Shown: positions 35,909-46,498, counted from the stretch's first letter. The stretch is DNA of 62,607 bases from Candidatus Thorarchaeota archaeon (GCA_048883405.1 JBHLQS010000002.1:1-62607); one strand, 5' to 3'. The notes: generated by a model from the letters alone, not told the origin. Made by a program: numbers and translations.

Positions 35909-36913
35909 ATGACAACTCCAAGAATAGGAATCATTGGCATAGGTAACATGGGAATGATTCATGCCCGGGTTCTCAGCAATATTCGAGCTCTCGCAGCTGT
36001 GGCAGATACCGATATGAAGCAAGCTGAACGAGTGGCCAAGATGTATAACGTAGATGCCTTCAATGACTTCGATTCATTGATTGAGCACTCGGAGTTAGAT
36101 GGCATCATCATTTCTACTCCAACTGCAACACATGCCGAAATAGCTGAGAGTGTTGCCAAGAAACAAGATGGAATAAGAGGTATTCTGATTGAGAAACCGC
36201 TGGCGAGCAGGCTCAAGGATGCACGAAAGCTTGCCGAGGTTCTAAGGAAGAAGAACATCATTGTCTTAGTTGGACACTCCGAGATCTACAACCCGGTAGT
36301 TGAACGGGCTCTGAACTTGATCAAAGATGGCGCCATTGGGGTCCCTCAGACGGTCATTCATGACAGGCGGGGATTTGTACAGGCATCAAGATTGCAGTCT
36401 CTAGGAGATGTGTTTGAAGACATTGGAGTTCATGATTTTGACATCATGACCCGGATAAGCAGCGGCAACGCCACTCTCTATGCTCAATGCCAGACCAAGA
36501 ATGGGATTCTGAACACTGGAAATGTCTCGGTGAAGTTCGAAAACGAGGCGCAACACATCTTCCATTTGTCGAGACAATATGTGGGCAGAAAAAGGAGTAT
36601 GGATGTTTCTGGAACAAAGGGAACCCTAAACCTTGACCTCTTTGGACAGGTAATCAAGGTTCAAGACCTTGATAAGGCACCTCTGGCTGACAGCAGGACA
36701 ATTCAGCTTCTAGAACGTGGTGCTACAATCAAAGTGTATGGAGAACCTGTTCTGCAGGTGATAACTGACTTCCTACACTGTATAGAAACAGGTAGCTCGC
36801 CCAAGGTCGGCTTGGAAGATGGGATCCTAGCCCTCGAAATTGTGGAGGCAGCGAGGAAGAGTGCGGTTTCAGGGATGATTGTCAAAATCAATATTCAGTC
36901 TCGGCACGTCTGA
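35909..36913 (+). CDS. Gfo/Idh/MocA-family NAD(P)-dependent oxidoreductase
   Basis: RIGIIGIGNMGMIHARVL Rossmann start, EKPLA motif. ATG 35909, 10 nt after AGGAG, preferred over 35792. Confidence 0.8.
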   Translation: MTTPRIGIIGIGNMGMIHARVLSNIRALAAVADTDMKQAERVAKMYNVDAFNDFDSLIEHSELDGIIISTPTATHAEIAESVAKKQDGIRGILIEKPLASRLKDARKLAEVLRKKNIIVLVGHSEIYNPVVERALNLIKDGAIGVPQTVIHDRRGFVQASRLQSLGDVFEDIGVHDFDIMTRISSGNATLYAQCQTKNGILNTGNVSVKFENEAQHIFHLSRQYVGRKRSMDVSGTKGTLNLDLFGQVIKVQDLDKAPLADSRTIQLLERGATIKVYGEPVLQVITDFLHCIETGSSPKVGLEDGILALEIVEAARKSAVSGMIVKINIQSRHV

Positions 36914-38190
36914 GCCAAGAGATGAGTTCGCGCAGAGGATGTGATTTCAACATTGATTCTGCTGCCTAGAGTGACTTCTTCATGCAGTATGATTGGCTTA
37001 TAGGCGAAGTTTCTACAGACGATGCCACCCCTGGAGCCGGCTTCCGTCGCAATCACCTCTCCAGTCCAACCTACCCAAGACTCATTCAGATCTGTGACAA
37101 GATTCGATACAATGGAACTCAATTTCCGGCTTCTTTCCTTCTTGACTGACGTATCAACTTTGTTGCTAGCTCGTGAAGCCGCCGTGCCAGGACGGTCACC
37201 ATACTTCGAGATGTTGACCACCTCAGGACGCATTTGTTGCATGAGATGGATGGTGTCTTCAAAATCTGAAGCCATTTCTCCTGGAAATCCCACGATGATG
37301 TCTGTTGCAATTGTGGCTCGGGGTAGTTTCCCTCTGATTTTTGAAACAATTTCAGCCCATTCAGCAACTGTGTATTCTCGTCCCATTGCAGCGAGTAGAC
37401 TATCGCTTCCGGTTTGGAGAGGCACATGAAAGAACTTGAAGAAGTGTTCTGACTCCAACACGGCGACCAGGTCATCTATTGTATCAAGAACTAAATTGGG
37501 ATTGAACATTCCCAGTCGGTATCTATGATTTCCTTCAATCTGATCCAATTTCCTGAGAAGTCCAACAAGGGTTTCCCCTGTGTCGTGTCCAAAGACTCCC
37601 GCATCCTGAGATGTCAGACGAATCTCTCTATAACCGAGATGTACGCATCTTTCCACTATGCTAAGGATCTCAGAGACACTATGGCTACGCACACTTCCCC
37701 TAGCGAATCGTACGGCACAGTAGGCGCAGCTTCCAAGGCATCCTTCACAGATTGGTATTGTGCAAATCACACTGTCTGGGGGCCCCTCAAAGAATCTCAA
37801 TTTTGATTCATAGTCAGAGTCAAGATGGATAATTCCCCTCTCTCCCTTGAGCACCCGATCCGCGACGTTTCCAAGTGTGTCCAACGACTGAGGACCTAGA
37901 AGCGCTGCAAATGAGGGGATTGCCCTCTGGATTCGATCTATGGAGATACGAGGCAGACATCCGGCTACTATAACTGGAACAGGTTGGTTCCCGAGCTTTT
38001 CGAGGCGATGAATAATCCTGTCCTCTGTCGGTTCCTTAACACCGCACGTATTGAGGACGATTAGGTCCGCCACCTCAATATCAGGCGTCTGCTCTGCGCC
38101 AAGCCCGTTGAGTCGGCCCACTATTAGATCCGAATCTGCTTTGTTCAGTGAACAGCCGTATGTTTCCAGATAGAAGGTGGTATCGTCCAA
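36895..38190 (-). CDS. MiaB-family radical SAM methylthiotransferase (archaeal/eukaryotic MtaB/CDKAL1-like)
   Basis: N-terminal UPF0004 cysteines (YGCSLN…NTCGV…GCL), radical SAM CAYCAVRFARG, C-terminal TRAM-like segment. Confidence 0.85.
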   Translation of the reverse strand: MDDTTFYLETYGCSLNKADSDLIVGRLNGLGAEQTPDIEVADLIVLNTCGVKEPTEDRIIHRLEKLGNQPVPVIVAGCLPRISIDRIQRAIPSFAALLGPQSLDTLGNVADRVLKGERGIIHLDSDYESKLRFFEGPPDSVICTIPICEGCLGSCAYCAVRFARGSVRSHSVSEILSIVERCVHLGYREIRLTSQDAGVFGHDTGETLVGLLRKLDQIEGNHRYRLGMFNPNLVLDTIDDLVAVLESEHFFKFFHVPLQTGSDSLLAAMGREYTVAEWAEIVSKIRGKLPRATIATDIIVGFPGEMASDFEDTIHLMQQMRPEVVNISKYGDRPGTAASRASNKVDTSVKKERSRKLSSIVSNLVTDLNESWVGWTGEVIATEAGSRGGIVCRNFAYKPIILHEEVTLGSRINVEITSSARTHLLAQTCRD

Positions 38191-38198
38191 GGTCTAGG

Positions 38199-38492
38199 CT
38201 ATCCTCCTTGAACGTGGGGAAGCATCGCTATCTCATCGTCTTGAGATACGGGGGTGTCTTCACCTTCCAGTATTGTGACATCCTTTTTGTTTAGCATAAT
38301 GATCAGATTGCCGCTTATCTTGTCACCTTCCATGATTATCGATTCCAGCTCAGGCCCACCAATCTTGAGTACCTTGTTAACCACGTCTCTAACAGTGGAC
38401 CCATCCGGCACATCTATAGTAAGCACTTGACTATCAAGAGTTCTTCGAATTGGACCAAAAGAATTGAACCTTACTTGCACCGTGAAGACCAA
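38199..38492 (-). CDS. MoaD/ThiS-family ubiquitin-like small protein ending in Gly-Gly
   Basis: 97 aa, beta-grasp-like, ending …DDEIAMLPHVQGG*. Confidence 0.75.
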   Translation of the reverse strand: MVFTVQVRFNSFGPIRRTLDSQVLTIDVPDGSTVRDVVNKVLKIGGPELESIIMEGDKISGNLIIMLNKKDVTILEGEDTPVSQDDEIAMLPHVQGG

Positions 38493-38516
38493 CCGTTTGA
38501 GCTCTTCAGAAGAGTG

Positions 38517-38897
38517 CTATTCAGGGTTTTGATAGTGCAATATGGCTTCATCTACCAAGTCATCAACAACTTTGACAATGTCCTGAATCTCCTCAGACGT
38601 AGCTGCGGCATAATGGATACCTACGGCTGATATCACAGGACACATCAATGCCTTGCACATTTTCTCTGCGGAAGAGTTTGCGACCACGTAGTCCTTATGC
38701 CCGGGTAGGGTGATACTATTGACGCTAATGGTGGAGGCGTTTCTATAATGACTTCTAGTTGGATATGCAACTGCCACACCGCCAATGTGATGCTCGTCCC
38801 CTCCAAAGATCGCCACTAACAGATCTTTACCAATAGTCTTCGCTTCAAGATAGATAATGTGACGGCCAGCCTGTTTCTCAAACATCATGGAAGACAT
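38517..38897 (-). CDS. LpdD-like protein (putative prenylated-flavin chaperone family)
   Basis: LLVAIFGGDEHHIGGVAVA…LPGHKDYVVANSSAEKMCKAL…AVGIHYAAATSEEI parallels L. plantarum LpdD blocks (GGTNPHIGDV…PSHDGRFHKD…AGIHVNQIT) as I recall them. Confidence 0.5.
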   Translation of the reverse strand: MSSMMFEKQAGRHIIYLEAKTIGKDLLVAIFGGDEHHIGGVAVAYPTRSHYRNASTISVNSITLPGHKDYVVANSSAEKMCKALMCPVISAVGIHYAAATSEEIQDIVKVVDDLVDEAILHYQNPE

Positions 38898-38922
38898 CCT
38901 CGTTGTGAGCGAAATACATCCT

Positions 38923-40464
38923 TTATGCGTCTATACCTTCATGCTTTTGAAACATGCGCCATGATAGAGTCAACGTCTTGGGATGGGCTGCACGGTACTC
39001 ATCCAGATGGCGGACCGCAGTGGAATAAGGAGCGCCTTTGACCTTCTCGGGTTCTTTGTATGCTTCCTCAGATATCGTTCTGAAAGCAGATATGAGAACG
39101 TCCAGCTCTTGTTTTGACTCAGTTTCCGTTGGCTCTATCATCAGAGCCTCAGGAACAATCAACGGAAAGTATACGGTTGGTGCATGTACACCGAAATCCA
39201 GAAGTCGCTTCGCCACATTCATGGCTGACACTCCGGTTTCATCCAAAAGCTCTTCACCCGAGATAACGCACTCATGCATTCGAGGAGCGTCCTGCGAATA
39301 TGGAAGGCTAAAACCAGGTATAGCACTAACATGATGGGCAACATAATTAGCATTCAGGACTGCATTCTCAGCTACCGCACGAACGCCTCTTTTTCCGAGG
39401 GAATAGATGTAGGCATAAGTCCTCACCAACACTCCGAAATTCCCGAAATATCCATGGACTTTCCCTATTGTCTGAGGGCAATCATAGTTCCAGTCGAAGC
39501 GACCATCAGGATGTTTCACAATACGAGGAACCGGCATGAAGTCCACCAGCTCTTTCTTAACTCCAACAGCACCAGCACCTGGACCACCTCCACCATGCGG
39601 GGTGGAGAACGACTTGTGCAGGTTCATATGGACCACGTCAAAGCCCATATCTCCTGGCCGTGTTATGCCCATAATGGCATTCAAGTTGGCACCATCGTAG
39701 TACAGAAGTCCACCAGCATCATGGACAATGTCAGCGATCTCCTCGATGTCTTTCTCAAACACCCCTATTGTGTTGGGATTTGTTAGCATCAGTCCAGCCG
39801 TTTTTGGTCCTGATGCCGCTTTTAGAGCTTCAATATTCACAAGGCCATCTTCGCTGGATGGCACGACAACCACTCTGTAACCTGCCATAGCTGCTGATGC
39901 AGGATTTGTACCATGAGCCGCATCAGGAATAAGCATTTCATTGCGTTGCTCGCATTCTTCTGTGACGCATCTGTGATACTCACGAATCAGCATCACGCCT
40001 GTATATTCGCCTTGAGCCCCTGCTGCGGGCTGTAGTGTCACTGCATCCATGCCTGTGATTTCAGCCAACCACTGTTCTAGCTCCCACATCAGTTCAAGGG
40101 CACCCTGACTCGTTGAAGCATCCTGACTTGGATGAAGCCATGCGAATCCGTCAAGATTGGCAGCCCAGTCATTTATGACTGGATTGTACTTCATCGTACA
40201 GCTTCCGAGCGGGTATGTGCCTGTGGAAACGGAGAAATTCATCTGTGAGAGGCGGGTGAAGTGTCTGATGACCTGAAGCTCAGAAACCTCAGGAATTGCA
40301 GGTGGAGTCTTGCGCTGCATCTCCTTTGGAATAAGAGAGTGAATTTTCCCGACGGACTGCCTGATTTCAGCTTCAGCCTCAGGAAACTGATGACTGGTGG
40401 CTCCCAAACTCGACTTCTCGAATATTAGAGGCACATTCCAGCGGGCTTGGCGATATTCAGTCAT
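38923..40464 (-). CDS. gcvPB: glycine dehydrogenase (decarboxylating) subunit 2
   Basis: LGSCTMKYNP…, NLHKSFSTPHGGGGPGAG (PLP-lysine region). Confidence 0.9.
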   Translation of the reverse strand: MTEYRQARWNVPLIFEKSSLGATSHQFPEAEAEIRQSVGKIHSLIPKEMQRKTPPAIPEVSELQVIRHFTRLSQMNFSVSTGTYPLGSCTMKYNPVINDWAANLDGFAWLHPSQDASTSQGALELMWELEQWLAEITGMDAVTLQPAAGAQGEYTGVMLIREYHRCVTEECEQRNEMLIPDAAHGTNPASAAMAGYRVVVVPSSEDGLVNIEALKAASGPKTAGLMLTNPNTIGVFEKDIEEIADIVHDAGGLLYYDGANLNAIMGITRPGDMGFDVVHMNLHKSFSTPHGGGGPGAGAVGVKKELVDFMPVPRIVKHPDGRFDWNYDCPQTIGKVHGYFGNFGVLVRTYAYIYSLGKRGVRAVAENAVLNANYVAHHVSAIPGFSLPYSQDAPRMHECVISGEELLDETGVSAMNVAKRLLDFGVHAPTVYFPLIVPEALMIEPTETESKQELDVLISAFRTISEEAYKEPEKVKGAPYSTAVRHLDEYRAAHPKTLTLSWRMFQKHEGIDA

Positions 40465-41879
40465 TGCTTGCCACCTCCACTGGTGACGATTTGTTCGATG
40501 GCATCCACAAGCTCGTCAATTGCATCCTTCGTATGGATTTCTGTGAAGCATACAAGCATGGATTCGCCGAGATCAGGAAAGTCCGAGGACAGGATTTTGC
40601 CTCCATGAATTCCTCGGTCCAAAAGACCTTGATGAACCGATTGAGCAGAAACACCATCAGTAAAGGATACCACGAATTCCTTCCAAAAGGAAGCACCGAT
40701 TGAGGGAGCCTGCACACAAGATAGTGCGTTCAGCTTGTTGGCAGCATAGTGTGATTTGTAGGCAATGGCTTCTCCAAGTTCTCTGAAGCCATCTGGGCCC
40801 AGTAATGATGTATCGATAGCAGCAGTGACAGCAATAAGTGCCTGATTGGAGCAAATGTTGCTTGTAGCTTTCTCCCTGCGTATGTGCTGTTCGCGGGGAC
40901 TTAGTGTCAGGACAAATCCGCGTTTGAACGGTTCTTCAGAAGTCCTCGTCATTCCCACAAGCCGACCTGGCAATTGACGGATTAGCTTCATGTCATCGAT
41001 ACAGCCGAATATCCCAAGAAGAGGACCGCCATACGACATGGGGGACCCCAAGCCCTGTCCCTCCGCAACAACAATGTCTGCTCCATAGTCGCCAGGTGGG
41101 CGCAATATGCCCATTGACATTATGTCTACTCCTGCAATCAGTAGAGCATCTGCGTCATGCACCAGCTCATTGATTTTGTCAACATTTGCCTCTATGAATC
41201 CGAGATAGCCAGGATTCTCTAGATACACTCCTGCAACCTTCTCGCTTAGTTTCGACTTGAGATCGGCAATGTCCATCTGTCCGCTCGCTCTGTCATAGTC
41301 TATCTTCTCGACCTCTATACCAAGAGGCTCTGCATAGGTGTTGATGACTCTCCAATGAACTGGATTAATGGTGCCTGGAACCAGGACTCGGCTACGCTTC
41401 TTTTTCACTCGAACACTCATCAGGACAGCTTCAGCAAGGGCGCTCGCCATGTCATACATGCTGCTATTAACAACATCAATCTCTAGCAGCTCAGACATCA
41501 GACTCTGATATTCAAAGAGGGTCTGCAGCATCCCTTGGCTGATTTCCGGTTGGTAGCTTGTATATGAGGTGACAAATTCTGACCGCCCTGCTAGAGCCCT
41601 TGTAGCTGACGGTATGTAGTGCATACCAAGTCCGTCACCAAGAAACACCCTCCCACTGTCCGCAGGCTTATTCTTGTCCGCAAGCTCGTGCATCCTTCGT
41701 GCCACTTCGATTTCTGTATGAGACTCCGTGATAGTCAAACCACGGTTGAGTCTGAACTTCTCAGGGATATTCGAGAAGAGCTCATCAAGACTCTTCTTCC
41801 CTATCGATTTGAGCATCTCCTTTTTCGCTTCTTCAGTCAACGGAAGCCACGGATGTTTAAAGTCCATAGATGGGCCCAC
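40461..41879 (-). CDS. gcvPA: glycine dehydrogenase (decarboxylating) subunit 1
   Basis: SYTSYQPEISQGMLQTLFEYQS…; ATSNICSNQAL. 4-nt overlap with gcvPB. Confidence 0.9.
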   Translation of the reverse strand: MGPSMDFKHPWLPLTEEAKKEMLKSIGKKSLDELFSNIPEKFRLNRGLTITESHTEIEVARRMHELADKNKPADSGRVFLGDGLGMHYIPSATRALAGRSEFVTSYTSYQPEISQGMLQTLFEYQSLMSELLEIDVVNSSMYDMASALAEAVLMSVRVKKKRSRVLVPGTINPVHWRVINTYAEPLGIEVEKIDYDRASGQMDIADLKSKLSEKVAGVYLENPGYLGFIEANVDKINELVHDADALLIAGVDIMSMGILRPPGDYGADIVVAEGQGLGSPMSYGGPLLGIFGCIDDMKLIRQLPGRLVGMTRTSEEPFKRGFVLTLSPREQHIRREKATSNICSNQALIAVTAAIDTSLLGPDGFRELGEAIAYKSHYAANKLNALSCVQAPSIGASFWKEFVVSFTDGVSAQSVHQGLLDRGIHGGKILSSDFPDLGESMLVCFTEIHTKDAIDELVDAIEQIVTSGGGKQ

Positions 41880-42016
41880 CGGCTATTCTTGCTGAAACTG
41901 GTCCGAGTTACCCGGTAAAATAGCCTTTCGCCTTGAACCAAAAGGCCGGCTTGATAGCCTCGAATGCTTTTTATGGCATGTAAGAGGATGACCTTCATGC
42001 AGGAGGTTCTGAACTC

Positions 42017-42337
42017 ATGAAACCATGGCTGATGGATATTCTGGCGTGTCCAGTGAAGGAGTGCAGGAGCGCGCTGCAGCTAGAGGTCTATGAGAGCCAT
42101 GTCAAGCACATAGATGATGATGAATTTGAAGAGATCGAGGCTGCGCTAATAACCTGCCCAAAGTGTGGTCGTTGGTATCCGGTAATTGATGGGATCCCCT
42201 GCATGTTGCCTGATGACCTTAGGATGTCAGGAAAACAGAACATTGAAGAAACTGCATTTTTGAAGCGATGGAAAAAACGTATTCCTTCCGAAATCCTTGA
42301 AAAGGGAGTGCCATTTGGCCTGTCAACCGAAGATTGA
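42017..42337 (+). CDS. Trm112-family zinc-ribbon protein
   Basis: LMDILACPVKEC…LITCPKCGRWYPVIDGIPCMLPDD. AGGAGG 9 nt upstream. Confidence 0.75.
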   Translation: MKPWLMDILACPVKECRSALQLEVYESHVKHIDDDEFEEIEAALITCPKCGRWYPVIDGIPCMLPDDLRMSGKQNIEETAFLKRWKKRIPSEILEKGVPFGLSTED

Positions 42338-42368
42338 AAGGTCTTGGCGCTTGCAAAGGGACACAATT

Positions 42369-42444
42369 AGCCCCGTGGTGTAGCGGTCCAGCATTGAGGG
42401 TTTTGGCCTCTCAGACCCAGGTTCGAGTCCTGGCGGGGCTACCA
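42369..42444 (+). tRNA. tRNA-Gln (UUG), CCA encoded
   Basis: Acceptor AGCCCCG/CGGGGCT, D arm GTGTAGCGGTCCAGCAT, anticodon arm GAGGG-TTTTGGC-CTCTC, T arm CCAGG-TTCGAGT-CCTGG. Confidence 0.85.
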
Positions 42445-42445
42445 T

Positions 42446-43291
42446 CTATTTCTCCTTAACACTGATTTCAGGAGAAGGGTCCACCTGTTGGACTCTGAAC
42501 AGTCTCTTGACCTGCGTTAGAACAAGACGATTCCCATTGACAAGCACATAGATTTCAATATAATCATGAAGTCCTGAGGTTGATATCTTCTTCTCGAGAA
42601 CTGCTTGGACCTGAAAGACCCCAGCCGGATTATCCATGACTACTGTTAATCGCAGGGGTTTGTCCCCCTTTTCGAGAATAACGTCATGGATGGCCATTGC
42701 ACTGACAGAGTGGATGTCGACCTTCCCCTTCTGGAACGGTATTATTGTACGACCTTTTGTCAGGTCGCAGCCGTCACCAAGCTTTGTGATACCAGCCTCA
42801 AATGTCAAACACTGTGTGTCGTCATCATGTGCGTAAATTCCGTGCGCAATGAAGCTCAGAATGTCGGTTGCTTTGGCAGGATCGTCATACATCTCAACCA
42901 ATTTGGATTCAAGGACGGGGATAGCCAAAGATAATGATGCCTGAGGATGTTCATTTCTATGCACAACCATACCTATGTCGTGGAGGTAGGTGGAGGCCAG
43001 CACGACAAGACGGGCATCATCAGTGTCGCCAATGCCTTCTGCCACAATGTTGGGCTGGAACGTTTCGTCTAAGATGTCAAAGGCCTTTAGTGCATTCCAT
43101 GTTGCTACTTCAGCATGAACATGTCCATGGTCTGTGTATCCTAGCCTAGAAACGGCCATCCTATTTGCAGTCCGAAGGTATGATTGGACTTTGGGAGAGC
43201 CAGCAAGATATTGATACATCTGCAAGGCTTTTGTATTCGGAGCCAAGAGCTCGCGGACGCTGACTTCATCACGATTGAGGAATTCTTTCAT
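42446..43291 (-). CDS. HD-domain metal-dependent phosphohydrolase
   Basis: TDHGHVHAEV … YLHDIGMVVHRNEH (H…HD motif). Confidence 0.7.
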   Translation of the reverse strand: MKEFLNRDEVSVRELLAPNTKALQMYQYLAGSPKVQSYLRTANRMAVSRLGYTDHGHVHAEVATWNALKAFDILDETFQPNIVAEGIGDTDDARLVVLASTYLHDIGMVVHRNEHPQASLSLAIPVLESKLVEMYDDPAKATDILSFIAHGIYAHDDDTQCLTFEAGITKLGDGCDLTKGRTIIPFQKGKVDIHSVSAMAIHDVILEKGDKPLRLTVVMDNPAGVFQVQAVLEKKISTSGLHDYIEIYVLVNGNRLVLTQVKRLFRVQQVDPSPEISVKEK

Positions 43292-43362
43292 TTTAAGCCC
43301 TCGAGGGGAAAATCTACTTGTTGGTTACTATGATAAGATTTGCGAAAGCTGACTAACCACTG

Positions 43363-46341
43363 CTAAAGGTCGCCGGCCTCCTCTTGGATGGTCAAAAGAG
43401 TACGGTCAATCGCACTTGTCGCTTTCTGAATCGTCTTGAGATAGTCTTGACGCGACTTTTCGAAGGCAACTCGACTGATTCGCTGCTTCTTCTTCCGAAG
43501 CAGAAGCTGACGAAGTCCTGCTTTCGCACCTTCAATCCGCTCGTTATGAAGCTCCAACTGAGACACCATATCACGGTATCTAGCACCGTGACTGGACAGC
43601 TCCTCTTTCACCTTAGGAAGATCAGAGTCAATCGTATCGAGCTGTGACTTGATGTCTCGCTCACGAATCATGAACTCCCTCTTCTTTACCTTGCCTCGCC
43701 TTCTTGCAGCTTCCAATTTCTCAAGGTCCATATTGAGGGCGGTCTTCCTGGAGTAGAGGTTTGCAAATTCGCGAAGTAGTTCTGGTGGGGCTCCGGTCTG
43801 TCGCTGCTCCTCGACTACATGGTCAGCCTCATCAAACTCACCTCCCTCAATATCTAGGCGCACGCCTCTATAGGAAACATAAGCAAGAGCTAGAAGACCT
43901 ACAATTGCAGTGAGAGCGAGTGGCCTTGCGGCGATGAGAGGGGATACCTGATACAGGAGCAGTATTTCTATTGGATTGTAGTTGGATGTGTTATACGTAT
44001 TATATCTCAGAGTTGTGTCAAATACGCCATACAATAGCCTGTATTCTCCGGAAACACTCAGGGTATTTACGGAATAGGGCAGAACTAAATCAACACGGTG
44101 ATGCTCGATCAAGACATCGTCAAGTGCTCCAAATGGAATATCGAGAAGATTGCCGCCAGCTGCGAGTTCTTCGTACTCGCTGATTTGAACTACGTATTCT
44201 ATGTTGAATTCGTAGGAATAGCCGGGCAGGAACTGCTGTGGCCCAAACCTGTCTTCCAAGAGGGTGATGCCTATCTGCCTAGAGACATTCCATTCGCCTT
44301 CTATCGTAAGTTGTGATTGAACCAACAAACCAACGCGGTCATAGACCTTGATATCTGTTGTATAGGCAGGTACTGTAAATGTAAGCTGACTCTCTGGTGA
44401 CAGCCCAATGTTGTCAATATGAATTGTTTCCTTATATGAGAGCCATTCCCAAGGATCTACTACGACGACTGTTGCACGATCAGCTACAATGTGCGGCGTG
44501 AAAGATCTGAAAGCATTGGTAAACTCCTCAATTGTGAGAGGAGCTAGATTTGATGCAGTGTAGTCCGGAGATGGATAGTTAGGAGACTGCGAGTCACCTG
44601 TACGATATGACATTGCGAGAGATGCGTGTCTGATGACGTAAGGCACCACTGGAAACTTTAGGAATGTGAATTCATATTCCTTGTCCGTGATGTGGATCAT
44701 AGTGTTCAGAGAGTGCATCTGCATTGTCACGGTGAATATGTAGGACTGCTCATAGTTGACTGACTGAGCGAAATGAATGCGCCAACGTAGCATTCCTTGC
44801 AGGTCTTGAAGGCGAACTACCTCTAGTTCAATACCGTTCTGGTCCGTTGCAGACACTGAAAGCAGGTGTGATTCCCACCCCATTGGAAGATACATCTCTA
44901 TTGCGGATATCACAGAAGAGCCGTTGTTTGTGACGGTGAACTTGTCCTTAACGCTGGTCCGCATGTATGACTCTGTGCCAATGGTTCTATCCACATCAAG
45001 TCGCATTCCAAGCAGAGGAATGAATGGTCGGTCCAGATTGAAGTCAACAGATGCAGTGCCGGTTGCATTTGTTGGATCTGTGGCATTGAACCAGATAGTA
45101 TGAGTGCCCTCTTTGTAGCTGGTCAGATCCAAACGAGCTTCCCAGAACGTGGTTTCCCGATTTAATACAAGGTCATTCCATGAGTCTTCATCATCGAATC
45201 GATATTGGACATTCTTTACTCGGGTGTTATCAGTGGCGTTGACCTCAATAGTTGCAATCCATGAGAGAGTTTCTCCAGAGGAGGGACTCTCTATGATAAG
45301 GGTAGGACCCGCATTTGGAACCAGCTGCATTCTTGGAGTCTCGGACCAGTAGGTGCGTAGAGTAGGAAGGTCAGCAGTGTTTTCTGTATTGCTGAACATG
45401 AAGATGAACGGGTACATGAAATCGGTGCTATTCAAGAGTGGTATGTCATCCGAATCTGTTGTATTCATAGCAATGATGTACTCTACTTGAGTAGTGGCGC
45501 CATCATCTGATGCATTAGCAGACAGTATTCTGCCTTGATTGGCATCGGCAATATGTTGGAGGGTACTCACCCCGTGTTCATCGCTGTATATGATCTGACT
45601 TGTGTCAGCAGGATTTGCTCTCCTTGTTATTCCTTCTCTAGTTATTCTTGTAAGAGTTATTTCATACTCAAGGTCGAGTCCATAGAGGTCGTGAGTCGGA
45701 TCAGTGTAGGCCTCATCTGCAGGAATTATGAAGTGACGCACCTCACCGATTCTCATTCCAAAGATTGATTCTCGATACATTGCAAGCGAGGGAAGATTGG
45801 CTAGCTCCTCTGCTGATTCGTCATCTGGAAAATCGCTTTCCTGTAGTATTGTACCGTTGGGAAGAGTAAGGATATAGTGAACGGTCACAGAGTCTGTGCC
45901 AATTGCCCTCCAGAATTCACCTGATGGAGTCCCAGGCGCATATCCAATGATTAGATCGCTGTTGTTCAACCCAGCTGTGGTGAAGCTATCTGTATAGTTC
46001 TGCCAGCCTACACCAATCCAGCCAGAAGTTGGAGCCTCTAGTCCGAGATAGAGATTCGTATCATTATGTTCCATATACGCCATTATACCAGTCACAGGAT
46101 CTGTATAGTTGGATGCATATTCCCAAGGGTCAATAATCCCGTCAGCAGCTCCATAGTGTTGGTCCGTAAATGCAACTGATACAATGTTCGAGGACTCAGC
46201 CACTGAGCTTAGCTGCGTCGCATCATGAGCCATATTGTTAGAGTCCCATGTTCCTGTTGAGGGAACCAAAGCGAGGACGCCACTTGTTAAAAAGAGCGCC
46301 ACTATCGCGATTGTCCCTATCCGTCTATGCAGCAGGCTCAA
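43363..46341 (-). CDS. large surface glycoprotein: signal peptide, DOMON-like, FKBP-like, ribophorin-I-like region, TM, cytoplasmic coiled coil
   Basis: Signal/TM IGTIAIVALFLTSGVLAL. FKBP-like VTVHYILTLPNGT…GMRIGEVRHFIIPADEAY. Many N-x-S/T sequons. C-terminal half, TM (LALTAIVGLLALAYVSYRGVRLD) and ~170-aa K/R/E coiled coil mirror RPN1/Ost1 architecture. Confidence 0.45.
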   Translation of the reverse strand: MSLLHRRIGTIAIVALFLTSGVLALVPSTGTWDSNNMAHDATQLSSVAESSNIVSVAFTDQHYGAADGIIDPWEYASNYTDPVTGIMAYMEHNDTNLYLGLEAPTSGWIGVGWQNYTDSFTTAGLNNSDLIIGYAPGTPSGEFWRAIGTDSVTVHYILTLPNGTILQESDFPDDESAEELANLPSLAMYRESIFGMRIGEVRHFIIPADEAYTDPTHDLYGLDLEYEITLTRITREGITRRANPADTSQIIYSDEHGVSTLQHIADANQGRILSANASDDGATTQVEYIIAMNTTDSDDIPLLNSTDFMYPFIFMFSNTENTADLPTLRTYWSETPRMQLVPNAGPTLIIESPSSGETLSWIATIEVNATDNTRVKNVQYRFDDEDSWNDLVLNRETTFWEARLDLTSYKEGTHTIWFNATDPTNATGTASVDFNLDRPFIPLLGMRLDVDRTIGTESYMRTSVKDKFTVTNNGSSVISAIEMYLPMGWESHLLSVSATDQNGIELEVVRLQDLQGMLRWRIHFAQSVNYEQSYIFTVTMQMHSLNTMIHITDKEYEFTFLKFPVVPYVIRHASLAMSYRTGDSQSPNYPSPDYTASNLAPLTIEEFTNAFRSFTPHIVADRATVVVVDPWEWLSYKETIHIDNIGLSPESQLTFTVPAYTTDIKVYDRVGLLVQSQLTIEGEWNVSRQIGITLLEDRFGPQQFLPGYSYEFNIEYVVQISEYEELAAGGNLLDIPFGALDDVLIEHHRVDLVLPYSVNTLSVSGEYRLLYGVFDTTLRYNTYNTSNYNPIEILLLYQVSPLIAARPLALTAIVGLLALAYVSYRGVRLDIEGGEFDEADHVVEEQRQTGAPPELLREFANLYSRKTALNMDLEKLEAARRRGKVKKREFMIRERDIKSQLDTIDSDLPKVKEELSSHGARYRDMVSQLELHNERIEGAKAGLRQLLLRKKKQRISRVAFEKSRQDYLKTIQKATSAIDRTLLTIQEEAGDL

Positions 46342-46498
46342 TCCAAATCACCGTGATTCAGTAGGGTTCGCGGTATACTGTCTACTATATAGGCCGCGAA
46401 CGATGCGCTCGAACCTCTGGACTCGTTAAATAGGTTTCGTCATGCGAATCGTTGTACCACTGCATTCTTCTATCCGAAAGTGTAAAAAAGGGCTGTAG

